From the NCBI GenBank assembly GCA_038087875.1, contig CM075978.1, positions 175,088,001 to 175,152,000 on the forward strand: a DNA stretch of 64,000 bases, read 5' to 3'. Under the pieces are notes generated by a model that was not told the origin of the DNA, did not search any database, and saw only the letters and a list, made by a program, of their open reading frames with translations. A program made the translations under genes and the position numbers. This document shows positions 63,872 through 64,000 of this stretch, piece by piece; the first letter of the stretch is position 1, and each line of letters starts with the position of its first letter. This DNA is from Malacoraja senta (taxonomy: Eukaryota).

Positions 63872-64000
63872 GGTATCCACTTAAGCCACAATCGAATTCC
63901 CGGATGGCTGAAGAGTAGCGAATGTTGCCCTTTTCTTTCTGAAGGAAATAAGTAAGCAAGGAAATCACAAGCTGTTGAGGTTCATGTCAGTCATCGGGAA

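Noticed and set aside
1-64000. CRISPR arrays, rRNA or bona fide tRNA genes
   Set aside because: None were seen. The tRNA-like text is confined to degenerate SINE heads, and the repeats are TE tails or microsatellites.

Overview
This is a repeat-rich vertebrate genomic window. Its repeat content (CR1, Rex1/Babar, Penelope, DIRS, tRNA-type SINEs) points to a cartilaginous fish, probably a skate or ray; that assignment is an inference. Manual exon reconstruction gives a cluster of three related non-rearranging Ig-superfamily receptor genes. Each has a leader exon, a single germline-joined V+J-like exon and a C1-set exon, followed by a TM exon. Gene A (+, 322-7095, 274 aa) has an Arg-containing TM (NCVRIICG) and a short tail, so it looks activating. 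Gene B (-, 28180 to at least 21855) is a ~98-99% identical inverted copy of A; it has a 1-bp deletion at the C1 donor, and its expected last exon falls in an N gap. Gene C (-, 50029-42019, 7 exons, 353 aa) has an uncharged TM and four YxxL/I/V motifs including two canonical ITIMs, so it looks inhibitory. An orphan ITIM-bearing terminal exon lies at 11878-11994 (+). The best candidate for an undescribed system is this antigen-receptor-like VJ-C1 paired activating/inhibitory receptor cluster. Two assembly gaps (11394-11638, 21310-21509) mean the A/B inverted duplication could be an assembly artefact. The rest is transposon debris, including a nested CR1-in-CR1 insertion, a degenerate DIRS element, Penelope termini with minimal hammerhead ribozyme cores and GC-rich non-autonomous retroposons. 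All exon calls are from splice signals and reading frame only, with no transcript data.
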